Shown: positions 29,052-38,480 of the stretch, piece by piece | Layout of the letters: every line of letters begins with the position of its first letter | Position numbering within the stretch: the stretch's first letter is position 1 | Assembly (NCBI GenBank): GCA_963663405.2 | Contig: CAXXSM010000150.1 | Location: forward strand, 32,001 to 96,000 | Origin: a bacterium | GTDB taxonomy: Bacteria > Hinthialibacterota > Hinthialibacteria > Hinthialibacterales > Hinthialibacteraceae | Length of the DNA: 64,000 nucleotides | Direction: 5' to 3' | Position numbers and translations under genes: made by a program | Notes under the pieces: model-generated | Told to the model about the DNA's origin: nothing | Database searches by the model: none | Seen by the model: the letters and a program-made list of their open reading frames with translations, nothing else

Positions 29052-30251
29052 TCACTCTTCCCCCCTTCGGTGACGAATCACTAAGTCTAACAAAAAATTG
29101 ATAGCGGCGACAGCCAAGGTTTGTAATCCCGCCAGAACAAGAAGCGCCCCCACAGCGATGTATGTCCAAGGATAACCCGTGATTTCTCCACTCGTTAGAT
29201 ATTCCCGAAGAGGATTGATATTGATAGCGATCCCAGCGAATAGACTCAGAAATCCAACAGGAGCCAGCCATTTTAAAAGACGCTGGTACAACGGTGTGCG
29301 GGTAGAAACACAATTATGGAAAATATACACGATTCGATGGGCCAACACACCAGCGCCGGTGAGCGTCAATCCTCCAATAAAGAACGCGGTGAGCGCCAAC
29401 ATGCGGTAGATACGATCATCGGGAACTTTCCCTGGCCGGAACGCGTCGGCGATTAAACCAGGCGCGTACACTGCGCAGGCTAAAAACAAGAGACACGACA
29501 CTGAACCGAAAAAGAGCAACGGACGGTAGATTAACGCCATTTCCAGAATAACCAGCAAAAACCGGATGCCATCCTGGAGAACGCTCAGCTTGGATTCTCC
29601 GATTCTCTCCGCATACGGCATGGGAGCTTCGCAAAGCGTCAATTCGGGATGAAACAACACGCGGGATGACATCGCCGGGGTGAAGTGAAGACCGTCGGGT
29701 AGAGGGTAGAGTTTCGGCAGCGATTCCGTTTTCATCACCCGCATACCACTGGCGGTATCGATAATTTTTTGCCCGGATAGAGTTCCAAGTAGAAACGCAT
29801 AAATGTTATTCCCCAACCGCCGCACAAAGGGTATTTCACTTTGTGGACCGAGCCGCGAACCGAGAACCACATCGGCGTCCGCCTCTTTCTGCTTGTTGCA
29901 AAGGGTAGAGAAAAAGAGGGGATCACACGTGCCATCCGCGTCAAGAAAACCAACAAGAGTTGTGTTGCTTACCCGGAATCCATACTTGATTGCGGCCCCG
30001 TAACCTTTGTTCTTTTCATGCTGAAGCAGTGTAATCTCTGGAACGTATTTCGAAGCGAGTTCATAGGTCCGGTCGCGGGAACCATCATCAACGACGATGA
30101 CACGAATCTGTTCCAGTTGTGTTTCTTGGGCGATCGTTTCCCGCGCGTCAAGACAACGCTGAATGATCGATTCAATCGCCTGCTCTTCGTTATAAGCGGG
30201 AATCACAATCGTGAGTCCGTTTTCCAATGAACTATGAGTTGTATTCTCCAT
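29052..30251 (-). CDS. Glycosyltransferase family 2 (polyprenyl-phosphate glycosyltransferase-like) with C-terminal TM helices
   Basis: IVIPAYNEE, VVDDGSRD, FLDADG and R.GESKL; likely start at ATG 30251. Confidence 0.88.
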   Translation of the reverse strand: MENTTHSSLENGLTIVIPAYNEEQAIESIIQRCLDARETIAQETQLEQIRVIVVDDGSRDRTYELASKYVPEITLLQHEKNKGYGAAIKYGFRVSNTTLVGFLDADGTCDPLFFSTLCNKQKEADADVVLGSRLGPQSEIPFVRRLGNNIYAFLLGTLSGQKIIDTASGMRVMKTESLPKLYPLPDGLHFTPAMSSRVLFHPELTLCEAPMPYAERIGESKLSVLQDGIRFLLVILEMALIYRPLLFFGSVSCLLFLACAVYAPGLIADAFRPGKVPDDRIYRMLALTAFFIGGLTLTGAGVLAHRIVYIFHNCVSTRTPLYQRLLKWLAPVGFLSLFAGIAININPLREYLTSGEITGYPWTYIAVGALLVLAGLQTLAVAAINFLLDLVIRHRRGEE

Positions 30252-30521
30252 ACTCCATCCAAATCCAATCAACTTTTCATCCCATGGGGATTCTCTTGTT
30301 TGTATACAGAACGATACCCATACCAATAGGTTACGAATATATGGAGGGAGTATAGCTCGAATCGTGGTTTGGGGGAATGTGGAGTGGAACATGCGGTAGG
30401 ATGTTTTATAAAGAGCGCTGTTTGAATCGAGAAAGAAAACGTTTACAAAAAAACTCGAGATATGATAAAATTGAACGTGTGAGGGGAAATCCAGAATAAA
30501 ATAATCAAAAGGAAATGTAAA

Positions 30522-31064
30522 ATGAAACAAAGCGCGTTCACTCTGATCGAGCTTCTCATCGTGGTAGCGATCATCGGAATCTTAGCGGCGATCGCCGTTC
30601 CGAATTTCCTTGGCGCCCGCCTCCGCGCGCAAGTCGCCAAAGCGCATGCGGAAATGAATACATTCGTCACAGCGACGGAGATGTATCGTATGGATAATGG
30701 GGAGTATTTTCCTCATAACCACACCCCTTGGCAGAATAAATATCTGACAACACCTATCGCCTACGTTACCTCGGTACCTACCGATCCCTTTCAGAAAGGC
30801 CCGGGCCGAACGGAAGAACAATACTCATTTAATGAATACCATAGAGATCCCATCTGGTATCCCGACGGTACTCTCTGGTTGAATTATCACGAAAGACACC
30901 GTCAAAGCGAAGAAAATATGTCCCGCGCAGAACGGGGACGGCCTTGGGCATACGAACTATGGAGCGTCGGTCCCAATGGAATTGTAGACCAACCGGCTTT
31001 TATCTATTATGAAATGACCAATGGACTTTCCAGCGATGGTATGATTGTCTGGGTTCGCCCCTGA
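30522..31064 (+). CDS. Prepilin-type N-terminal cleavage/methylation protein (pseudopilin-like)
   Basis: AFTLIELLIVVAIIGILAAIAVPNF class III signal. Confidence 0.9.
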   Translation: MKQSAFTLIELLIVVAIIGILAAIAVPNFLGARLRAQVAKAHAEMNTFVTATEMYRMDNGEYFPHNHTPWQNKYLTTPIAYVTSVPTDPFQKGPGRTEEQYSFNEYHRDPIWYPDGTLWLNYHERHRQSEENMSRAERGRPWAYELWSVGPNGIVDQPAFIYYEMTNGLSSDGMIVWVRP

Positions 31065-31121
31065 TTTGTTAAGAGCAAGTATTTCACAGGATTACTGGGT
31101 AAGAAAAAGGAAAAGAAGTAG

Positions 31122-31766
31122 ATGAAACACCGTGGATTTACTCTAATTGAACTCCTGATTGTAGTGGCGATCATAGGCATCTTGGCGGCGATCGCTGTGC
31201 CCAATTTTTTAAACGCCCAAGTCCGAGCGAAAGTGGCGCGGGCGCGGAGCGATCTGCGCAATCTCTGCGTAGCGCTCGATAGTTATCAACTCGATCGAAA
31301 TCAATTCCCCTGGCCTCTCCTCGGCGGAAATACAATCAACGTAGTCTACGAACTCACTACGCCCGTATCCTATATCTCCAGCGTCGATTTGGAAGATCCT
31401 TTCGCCCCGAAAGAAATGATTGAATACATGCGGGATCAAGGCCAGAATGTCTTTGACAGCTATGTCTATGTGAATTATCGCGGGCGGTGGGGACAAAGCG
31501 AATGCGCTGGACGGTATGGCGTACCCCTCTCCGATTGCCCACGAGGCTATGGGATGAAATCACTCGGTCCCGACGGAGAAAACACGGGGGGCGTCCACTG
31601 GCCACTCGAGATGAAACTCAAAGGGGGAGAAGTCACCCCCGGCAACGCCTTCGTCACCCCCGGTATGCACGCCAATGACCGGCTTTACAATCCCTCCAAC
31701 GGCCTAAACAGCATCGGAGACATCATCCGCTTTGGTGGAGAATTGGCAGGATCACAGGGGGGGTGA
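31122..31766 (+). CDS. Prepilin-type N-terminal cleavage/methylation protein (pseudopilin-like)
   Basis: GFTLIELLIVVAIIGILAAIAVPNF; LTTPVSY, SLGPDG and YNPSNGL.S.GD shared with its neighbour. Confidence 0.9.
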   Translation: MKHRGFTLIELLIVVAIIGILAAIAVPNFLNAQVRAKVARARSDLRNLCVALDSYQLDRNQFPWPLLGGNTINVVYELTTPVSYISSVDLEDPFAPKEMIEYMRDQGQNVFDSYVYVNYRGRWGQSECAGRYGVPLSDCPRGYGMKSLGPDGENTGGVHWPLEMKLKGGEVTPGNAFVTPGMHANDRLYNPSNGLNSIGDIIRFGGELAGSQGG

Positions 31767-31781
31767 AGTTGGAAATTCTTA

Positions 31782-34700
31782 TCAATTTTTTGAAAGCAAC
31801 AGTTTTAAAACATTATTACTCTCATTAATCTCTTTCACTTCATCACCCGGATCAACATCAATCCGAAAAAACTGCCCTAAAAGTTCTTCCGGGATTTCAA
31901 TCTCAGCAGCAATCGATTTTGGGATTAAATCAAGTGGCGCTTTTAAATCCTTCATCTCGATCGTTTTTTCCCAACCGTTTTGAGTCGCAATCCGGATTGA
32001 GAATTCCGGTACGTTTTCGGTTCCTATGTTATGAACCGTCAATTTGAGATTCTGAGGAGAAGTTCTTTCGATATCTTGCAAACCAATAGCCAGATCAGGA
32101 AGAAATTCCGGAGCAGGAGAAGAATCAATCTGCCGGACCGAAAGGATTGTCAATTGATGGGGAGGCAATGTCAATTGAAGCGGAATCCCTCTTTCTGTCA
32201 CCCTCAGTTTTCGTAAAAAGAAAGGGGAACTGGCCGGATTTTTAAGCGAGACTTCATAGGTTCCATTCTCCAAACGCCAGAAGCGCGCTCCCACCTCCGC
32301 TGGAGAGTCCGAAAACACATACAACTGCGCTTCCAGTTTTTTTGTATCAGACGCAGTCACAAAGGCCTCCGCTTCATCCCCCACCCCGTTCCATGTGACA
32401 GCGTGAACAGGATAGTAAGTAGGATTCCCAAACGATCCAGTCAACATAGAGGTTAATACCGCGTTCCCTGGAATGGAGACACGGTCCGTGAAGAGAACCT
32501 CAGTCGTGATCATTGGAAGATTGTGACTCAATCCGCTGATGATCCCCTCCAATTCATGTTCTAATTTCAAAGAATCTCCCGTCAACCGATAGCGCATGGC
32601 GCCGGACGCCCGTTTGAGAAGCAGATCGTCATAGCGATCGTCTCCCGAAAGAACGCGCCATTTTTCCAGCACATCATAAAAAGCGTCCGTATCGTGAAGT
32701 TTCCCCACCCATTCGAGACTGCCTTCTTTTGGATTCTCCTGTCCGGATCGCTGATACACCCGGATCGCATCCAGCGCGGCTAAGATCGGTTCAAGGATTT
32801 CATCATTTCCTGTTTCCGCCCAAGCGGCGAGCATGATGTGATAGAGTGTGCGCGTATAGGATATGGCCGTGAAATCGTTATACCCTTTCGTCTGCCACCA
32901 ATGATCCGCATAACCGCCGATCCGCCCATCGGGAAAGGAGACGGAACCGGGAAGGATTCCCACCGGCTTGCCCCGGTCCTCGCTACGCCCCGCATTCACC
33001 CAGGCCATCGACCAGTTTGAAAGAAGATCGCGCACAACAGGATGACCACTGTACCACATCACCCAAGCGCCGGGTTTCGCGGCGCGTCCGTTCAGGGGCG
33101 TATCGGCCGACCGGGGAATGGTGTCAACCGTCTCTGAAGCGGAGAAGTAATGAGACTTGAAATGCAGGTCACCGTTATCATTGAGAGCGGTCCAGACAGT
33201 TTTCATACACCGCATAGTTTCGAGACAGGTTTCAAAATATTTCGGATCACCATAATGAGCGGCCATCATGAGGGGTTGTGTATCCGAAACCGGTTCAGCG
33301 GCGTGTTCGACATCCCCGATTTCTTTGCTATACCCATGCTCCACCACCCCCGACGCGAGAACGCCATCCGCGATCCGCTGGGCGCCAAGACGCGTAATCG
33401 GATCATTTACGGCAAGAACGAGGGGAATCCAGCTGCGCAGAATTTCAACGTCATCCCCCCAGCCACCACCGAGCTCTCCATTTTCACTTTGTCTGCGTTT
33501 TACCCAATAATAAATCACCTCTCGCAGCCTGCCCAGCGCTTCCCGCTGGAGAACCGCCCATCGGGGAGCGGTTTCCGGGGCGGTTTGCTCTCCATACACA
33601 TGGCGGATCGATTCACCAAGATACATGCGCGGAAGTTCATGGCCGGGATAGAGTTCACACAAGGCGCGTGCGTGTTTCTTTCCCAAGTCATAACAATGTT
33701 TCCAGCCCCCTTCGCGTCCATTCCAATACGAGACGCGCATCTGAATCAAAAGCGCAAGCGAGTAAAGGGGATCGGTCACTGGCACAGAATTACATAATTC
33801 ATAAGCGGACCAGTACCGGTGATAGCAGTTTAAATCCGTCTCCTCACGCGCCCATTGAAAATTCCACATCCGCAGCGTTTCCAGCGCCAAGAGAACGCGT
33901 TCGTCCACTTCGAGACGCTCCCGGACAGCGGGGGATGGGGATTTTATTCCACACAACTTTTGAATAGAAGATTTCAACAAGTGGATACGCATCTCATCAG
34001 ATGTATCGATATGGCTTGCGATAGTATCCGCCATTAGAATCCAATCGAGTTCATTTTCATCCTGGGGATATTCGTCCAGCAGATCAAGAGCCCGATTCAC
34101 ATTGTTATCATTCAGGGCGTCGAGGATATTCTGAAACGATTCATTTGGTGTTTGGACGATCAGTTTAGGGCCTTGCCGTTTGATCGACCATTGAGGAGCC
34201 GTGCGCAGATGAACTCCCAATATAGAACTTTTATTCTCCCCCAAATACCAGAGACGCCCATCCTCTGGTTCTCTCGTTGTATATTCCTTCCACGAATCCG
34301 GACGGGATGGGGCGTAATCAACTTCAATAAGAATAATTCCATCTTTGGGAGCCACCGGGACTTTTACACTTTTAACAGGAGTCCCCCCCTGCGACCCCCA
34401 AACCTTTCCCCAGGCGTCAACATTCTCCGCCACAAGCGTTCCATTGATCCGCACACGCAGATCGTGCCGGCGTTTCTGATAACGGCCTACAAAAACCGTC
34501 ACGAGATATTCGCCGGAAGGAACATCAACGCGAAATCGGATAGGCCCATCATCTTCAAATCCATCTCGATAGAGAGCCTTCCCCGGTTCCACGAGATGAA
34601 GCGGATAATGCGCGTCCCCCTTCTCCGACAGTCCGGATTCATCATCAAAACCCGTTTTTGGAACCGATACCCAGCCGTAACCCGTTGTTTTTGAATAGAT

Positions 34701-34859
34701 TGTATTTTCCGTTACCGGAAGAGAGCCCAACGCGGCGGGAGAACCATCCGGCCCCATATCAAACAGAATTTCAACATCTTCAGCCAAGGCCGCCGGGATC
34801 ACAGCGAAAATCAAAATGAAGGTCAAAATAGTACTTTTTTTATACGTATGGAATCTCAT
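31782..34859 (-). CDS. Large secreted protein: galactose-binding-like N-domain, helical core, C-terminal CARDB domain
   Basis: Signal peptide after GGAGG RBS (ATG 34859); FDMG..GYGW..FRVDVPSGEY; PDLAI...VDPGDEVKEINESNN. Confidence 0.7.
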   Translation of the reverse strand: MRFHTYKKSTILTFILIFAVIPAALAEDVEILFDMGPDGSPAALGSLPVTENTIYSKTTGYGWVSVPKTGFDDESGLSEKGDAHYPLHLVEPGKALYRDGFEDDGPIRFRVDVPSGEYLVTVFVGRYQKRRHDLRVRINGTLVAENVDAWGKVWGSQGGTPVKSVKVPVAPKDGIILIEVDYAPSRPDSWKEYTTREPEDGRLWYLGENKSSILGVHLRTAPQWSIKRQGPKLIVQTPNESFQNILDALNDNNVNRALDLLDEYPQDENELDWILMADTIASHIDTSDEMRIHLLKSSIQKLCGIKSPSPAVRERLEVDERVLLALETLRMWNFQWAREETDLNCYHRYWSAYELCNSVPVTDPLYSLALLIQMRVSYWNGREGGWKHCYDLGKKHARALCELYPGHELPRMYLGESIRHVYGEQTAPETAPRWAVLQREALGRLREVIYYWVKRRQSENGELGGGWGDDVEILRSWIPLVLAVNDPITRLGAQRIADGVLASGVVEHGYSKEIGDVEHAAEPVSDTQPLMMAAHYGDPKYFETCLETMRCMKTVWTALNDNGDLHFKSHYFSASETVDTIPRSADTPLNGRAAKPGAWVMWYSGHPVVRDLLSNWSMAWVNAGRSEDRGKPVGILPGSVSFPDGRIGGYADHWWQTKGYNDFTAISYTRTLYHIMLAAWAETGNDEILEPILAALDAIRVYQRSGQENPKEGSLEWVGKLHDTDAFYDVLEKWRVLSGDDRYDDLLLKRASGAMRYRLTGDSLKLEHELEGIISGLSHNLPMITTEVLFTDRVSIPGNAVLTSMLTGSFGNPTYYPVHAVTWNGVGDEAEAFVTASDTKKLEAQLYVFSDSPAEVGARFWRLENGTYEVSLKNPASSPFFLRKLRVTERGIPLQLTLPPHQLTILSVRQIDSSPAPEFLPDLAIGLQDIERTSPQNLKLTVHNIGTENVPEFSIRIATQNGWEKTIEMKDLKAPLDLIPKSIAAEIEIPEELLGQFFRIDVDPGDEVKEINESNNVLKLLLSKN

Positions 34860-35209
34860 TCGATACACCTCCGTAGGTGGATTATACACGCAACACCACA
34901 CCCGTATATCTCTTCTGATGTCTCCATCTCCTCCCTATCAAGTCCATTGTGCTTGATTGTGATACACTTACACCGACCAACAGCGAAAAGACAACTAGAC
35001 GCAAAAACAAATTATCCACAAAAAATATTGATGTTTACAGATGCTTCATATATAGTAAATAACAGATATCTATCTTTCCGGGACCTTCTACCCCCAGATC
35101 CAACAATAAATGAAGATTGGGGGAACCTGCGCAAACCAACCTTTGGCTATATCACCGGATCGTCACACAATATGGAAAAGATATTGTCTTAATTCGCAAG
35201 GGGGGAATC

Positions 35210-36214
35210 ATGAAATTCACAAACATTCTCAAATCCATAATTCTATCGATCCTGTTCACATATAGTTCCATAAATATATGTGCGCAGAATATCAACACAC
35301 CTGAAAACTTTCCCGGCCGGCTGTTTCGCGGTGCCATTGAAAAAATCATTGGCGTCGAACCCGGCGGATCATTCACCGCCGGACAGGCGGCGGAAGTCAC
35401 ACGAATCGATATTCCTTCTCTCTTTGATGAGACTGGATCTGTGACGGATTTAACTGGGCTGCAGTTTTTCCCTGCATTACGAAATTTCAACTGCTCGTCC
35501 AATCAAATCACGAGTATCGATCTCTCTCATAACACGGCGTTGGAAGTTCTACGCTGCAGTGGGAATCCATTAACGAATTTGGATCTCTCCCACAACACAG
35601 CGTTAAAACGTCTTAACTGCAATGCGTGTCAATTAACCAATTTGGACGTCTCCCACAATACAGCATTAGATACTCTCCACTGTAAAATAAATCATTTATC
35701 CAGCCTGGATGTTTCTAACAATGTCGCATTGGAGCGGTTTGACTGCAGTGAAAATCAATTAATCCATTTGAATGTAACTGGAGCCACTCCGTTGAGATTC
35801 CTCTTATGCTCCGAAAATCAATTATCCAGTTTGGATCTCTCTCAGAATACAGCCTTAAAAAGTCTGACGTGCGATACAAATCACTTAACCGTTTTGGATC
35901 TTTCGAACAATACGATCATGGCTGGAGTCTGGTGTTCATACAATCGGCTGACAAACATTGTAATCTCTGAAAGTGGCGCAATATCATTTTTAGACTGTTC
36001 GAACAATCATCTAACCAGCCTTTCCAGTTTCGTCTCCAATCCAAGTCTTGGACAAGATGACACGTTGATTGTCACAAATAACTACATTGGCTGCGCCGAT
36101 CCAAACACTGCTCTCCATGATATCGAAGTTCTTAAAGAACGAATGGGAACCGGTTTTCGCTACGATCCCCAAAAAGAATGTGAAACCGGCGTAGAGGATT
36201 GGTCATTGCATTGA
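35210..36214 (+). CDS. Secreted single-module LRR protein (9 IRREKO-type 21-aa repeats)
   Basis: Signal peptide, NINTPENFP N-cap, LxxLxCxxNxLxxLDxSxN repeats, NNYIGC C-cap; ends ETGVEDWSLH. Confidence 0.9.
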   Translation: MKFTNILKSIILSILFTYSSINICAQNINTPENFPGRLFRGAIEKIIGVEPGGSFTAGQAAEVTRIDIPSLFDETGSVTDLTGLQFFPALRNFNCSSNQITSIDLSHNTALEVLRCSGNPLTNLDLSHNTALKRLNCNACQLTNLDVSHNTALDTLHCKINHLSSLDVSNNVALERFDCSENQLIHLNVTGATPLRFLLCSENQLSSLDLSQNTALKSLTCDTNHLTVLDLSNNTIMAGVWCSYNRLTNIVISESGAISFLDCSNNHLTSLSSFVSNPSLGQDDTLIVTNNYIGCADPNTALHDIEVLKERMGTGFRYDPQKECETGVEDWSLH

Positions 36215-36497
36215 AAATAATAATTTCCTTTTTAGAAAAGAATTGTAAATAAACTGATAACAGAGGGAAATCATGTATCTCACAAGCATCTCTAAATTCA
36301 CCGTCTCAGTCTTGTTTATTACAAGCCTATCGATCCCCACCTGGGCGCAGAATATCAACACACGGGAAAACTTTCCTGATCCAGAATTCCGCGCAGCTGT
36401 TGAAACGTTCATGAACGTCTCCGCGGGAGGTGAGTTTACCGCCGTGGAGGCGTCTTCGAAAACTAAAACGATGAAATGTTCTGGACAATATAAAAAA

Positions 36498-38480
36498 GCC
36501 TCTTCGCTATTTCATGTGGGTAGAGGGTAGAACCTCGAGAAGATTACATTCCAATTTTCCTCTGCCAAACAGATGGTTACGATCAACTTGTAGACGTTTC
36601 GATATCTGTTAAGCGACAAGTATTTTGCAGTAGGATTGCCCTCCATCGATCCGTTTGCGGGTCTGGATTTTATCGAAGAAAAAAGAACCATATCTTTATG
36701 TGCCGCATGCTTGTGGAGTCTGTGGTCAGGCGCCTCAATAATCTTTCTCATTCCCCCTAATCTTTCGCAGGTGGCTGTCCAAATCTTGTGGGCAAACCGG
36801 CAGGAACTTTCTCTTCTCACCCAGAGTATCGGCGGTTTGTCCATAAGATGGCAGAATCCACAAGCCCTCACTCGTTCGGATTACTGATCATGAATCGCAG
36901 ACCGGAGAGACTCAGCCGGTTTCATCCGGTGTCTTTTGCTTAGTTTGGCGGCTTGCCTGCAGAAACGGGAACGATTCAAGCCGTATTACTATTTCGTGTG
37001 GGGCGAGGGAAGAACCTTGGGAAGATTGAATTCCAACTTGCTTCCAATCAAATAGATGGTAGTGATTAAATTGTTGACGTTGCGATAGCCTCTCGCACGG
37101 GCCTTGGCGGCTTGGATCAGGCTATTCATCCCCTCCAACAGACCATTGTTGATTCGCGAAGTAAACCAACGCACCACACCAGCCCAGTGCTCCTTGATCG
37201 TTTTCGCGGCCTTGATCATAGGCTCAATCCGGCTGTGAGTCGCCCAATAATACCACTTTTTAAGAAACGATTCCCCCTCCTCCGGATCGTCGAACGAAAA
37301 CACGTCTTGGAACACGGATCGCAGATGGTAGGCTTTCACCGTCTTCAATTTGCTCCCTCGTACATCTTGAAAAATTTCGTTCCGTTTCTTCTCTTGCTTG
37401 TCCGTGAGATTCCATTCATTCTTCAGCCAAATATACTTCGTCCCCTTCAATAATTCGGGATAAATCGCTTGGTCTTGTTTGCGCACTTCGTCCACAGCTT
37501 GATTGATAATCCTCATCAGGTGGTATTCATCAAATGTCATTTCGGCGGCCGGGAAATTGGCTTCAATCCCGGATTGAAACGCCTGGGACATATCCAAACA
37601 AAATTCCTCCACCTGCTCCGCCTTTCCGTTATGCGTCTCTAAATCCTCTTTGAACGCCCCCACCGTTTGAGCGTCCTTTCCATCGGTGGCAAACATCACG
37701 CTGCGCTCGTCCAAATCCATGAATACGCTGACATAATTGTGCCCTTTGGCCTTTGAGGTCTCATCCACCCCCACCGCCTTCACTCCCGAAAAATCCTCCC
37801 TCTCTCGCGCGTCCATCACATAATGAGTCAGCACTCGCCAAATCAGCGTGTCATATTCTCCGACCACTCGGCTGATCGCATTGGCCGTCATCCCATTCTC
37901 CGCCAGTGCCATGACCAACGCTTCAAATAACAACGTAAATCCCGCCCCCGGACGGGCCCAGGGAAGATTCACTGTCTTGACTTTATGATTGGGACATTTC
38001 ACACGAGGTTGCCGGGCGTGTAAATACGTCTCATACTGAAAGAAATTCAGATGCCTCCAAGTGCGTCGTTTCGTATCATGCACTCCACACAGGTTCCCGC
38101 ATTCGGGACAGGGAAACAGACTCCCCTCGGGAAAGTCCAGCGTGAGGTGCAAGGTTTTTTCTTCCTCAGGAAACTCGGCCTGGACGACCTGCCATGGCTC
38201 ACTCAAACCTAACGCTAACCGGAATAATTCTTGGTTCTTCATTCTCTTCCTTCTCTCTCTCTCTCTCTCTTGGGATTGGGATCTTTGCCTTTAGCCTGGG
38301 CGGAGGATCGGACCTTGCGGGGACGCGAACTGAGTGCTGACCAAGAAGACTGTCGAAGGACGGTCTAGCACCGCCCTTCTTGTTAGTTTATCTCGTCGGG
38401 ATTGGTACGTAAGCGATATATCTTCGGGAGGATGGAGGAAAGCCTTCCCCAAATCTACCCACTCGATTCAGCGAAGAGCC
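36498..38480 (-). mobile_element. ISL3-family insertion sequence, 1983 bp
   Basis: Imperfect terminal IRs GCCTCTTCGCTATTTCATGTGGGTAGA / GGCTCTTCGCTGAATCGAGTGGGTAGA; 8-bp TSD ATAAAAAA at 36490-36497 and 38481-38488. Confidence 0.93.
36989..38242 (-). CDS. ISL3-family transposase
   Basis: CPECG zinc finger, WRHL, GVDE, DMS, FDxYH and NNGLLEGMNSLIQAAKARARGYRN. Confidence 0.95.
   Translation of the reverse strand: MKNQELFRLALGLSEPWQVVQAEFPEEEKTLHLTLDFPEGSLFPCPECGNLCGVHDTKRRTWRHLNFFQYETYLHARQPRVKCPNHKVKTVNLPWARPGAGFTLLFEALVMALAENGMTANAISRVVGEYDTLIWRVLTHYVMDAREREDFSGVKAVGVDETSKAKGHNYVSVFMDLDERSVMFATDGKDAQTVGAFKEDLETHNGKAEQVEEFCLDMSQAFQSGIEANFPAAEMTFDEYHLMRIINQAVDEVRKQDQAIYPELLKGTKYIWLKNEWNLTDKQEKKRNEIFQDVRGSKLKTVKAYHLRSVFQDVFSFDDPEEGESFLKKWYYWATHSRIEPMIKAAKTIKEHWAGVVRWFTSRINNGLLEGMNSLIQAAKARARGYRNVNNLITTIYLIGSKLEFNLPKVLPSPHTK

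Noticed and set aside
35012-35020. DnaA box TTATCCACA suggesting an origin
   Set aside because: A single copy with no box cluster and no dnaA context.
36512-36887. ORFs of 119 aa (-) and 83 aa (+) inside the IS as real passenger genes
   Set aside because: No recognisable family or clear RBS; the end of the 119-aa ORF is only the relic transposase tail.
36498-37090. Duplicated transposase end as a DGR template/variable repeat pair
   Set aside because: Mismatches are not adenine-specific and many are synonymous, as expected for two related IS ends.
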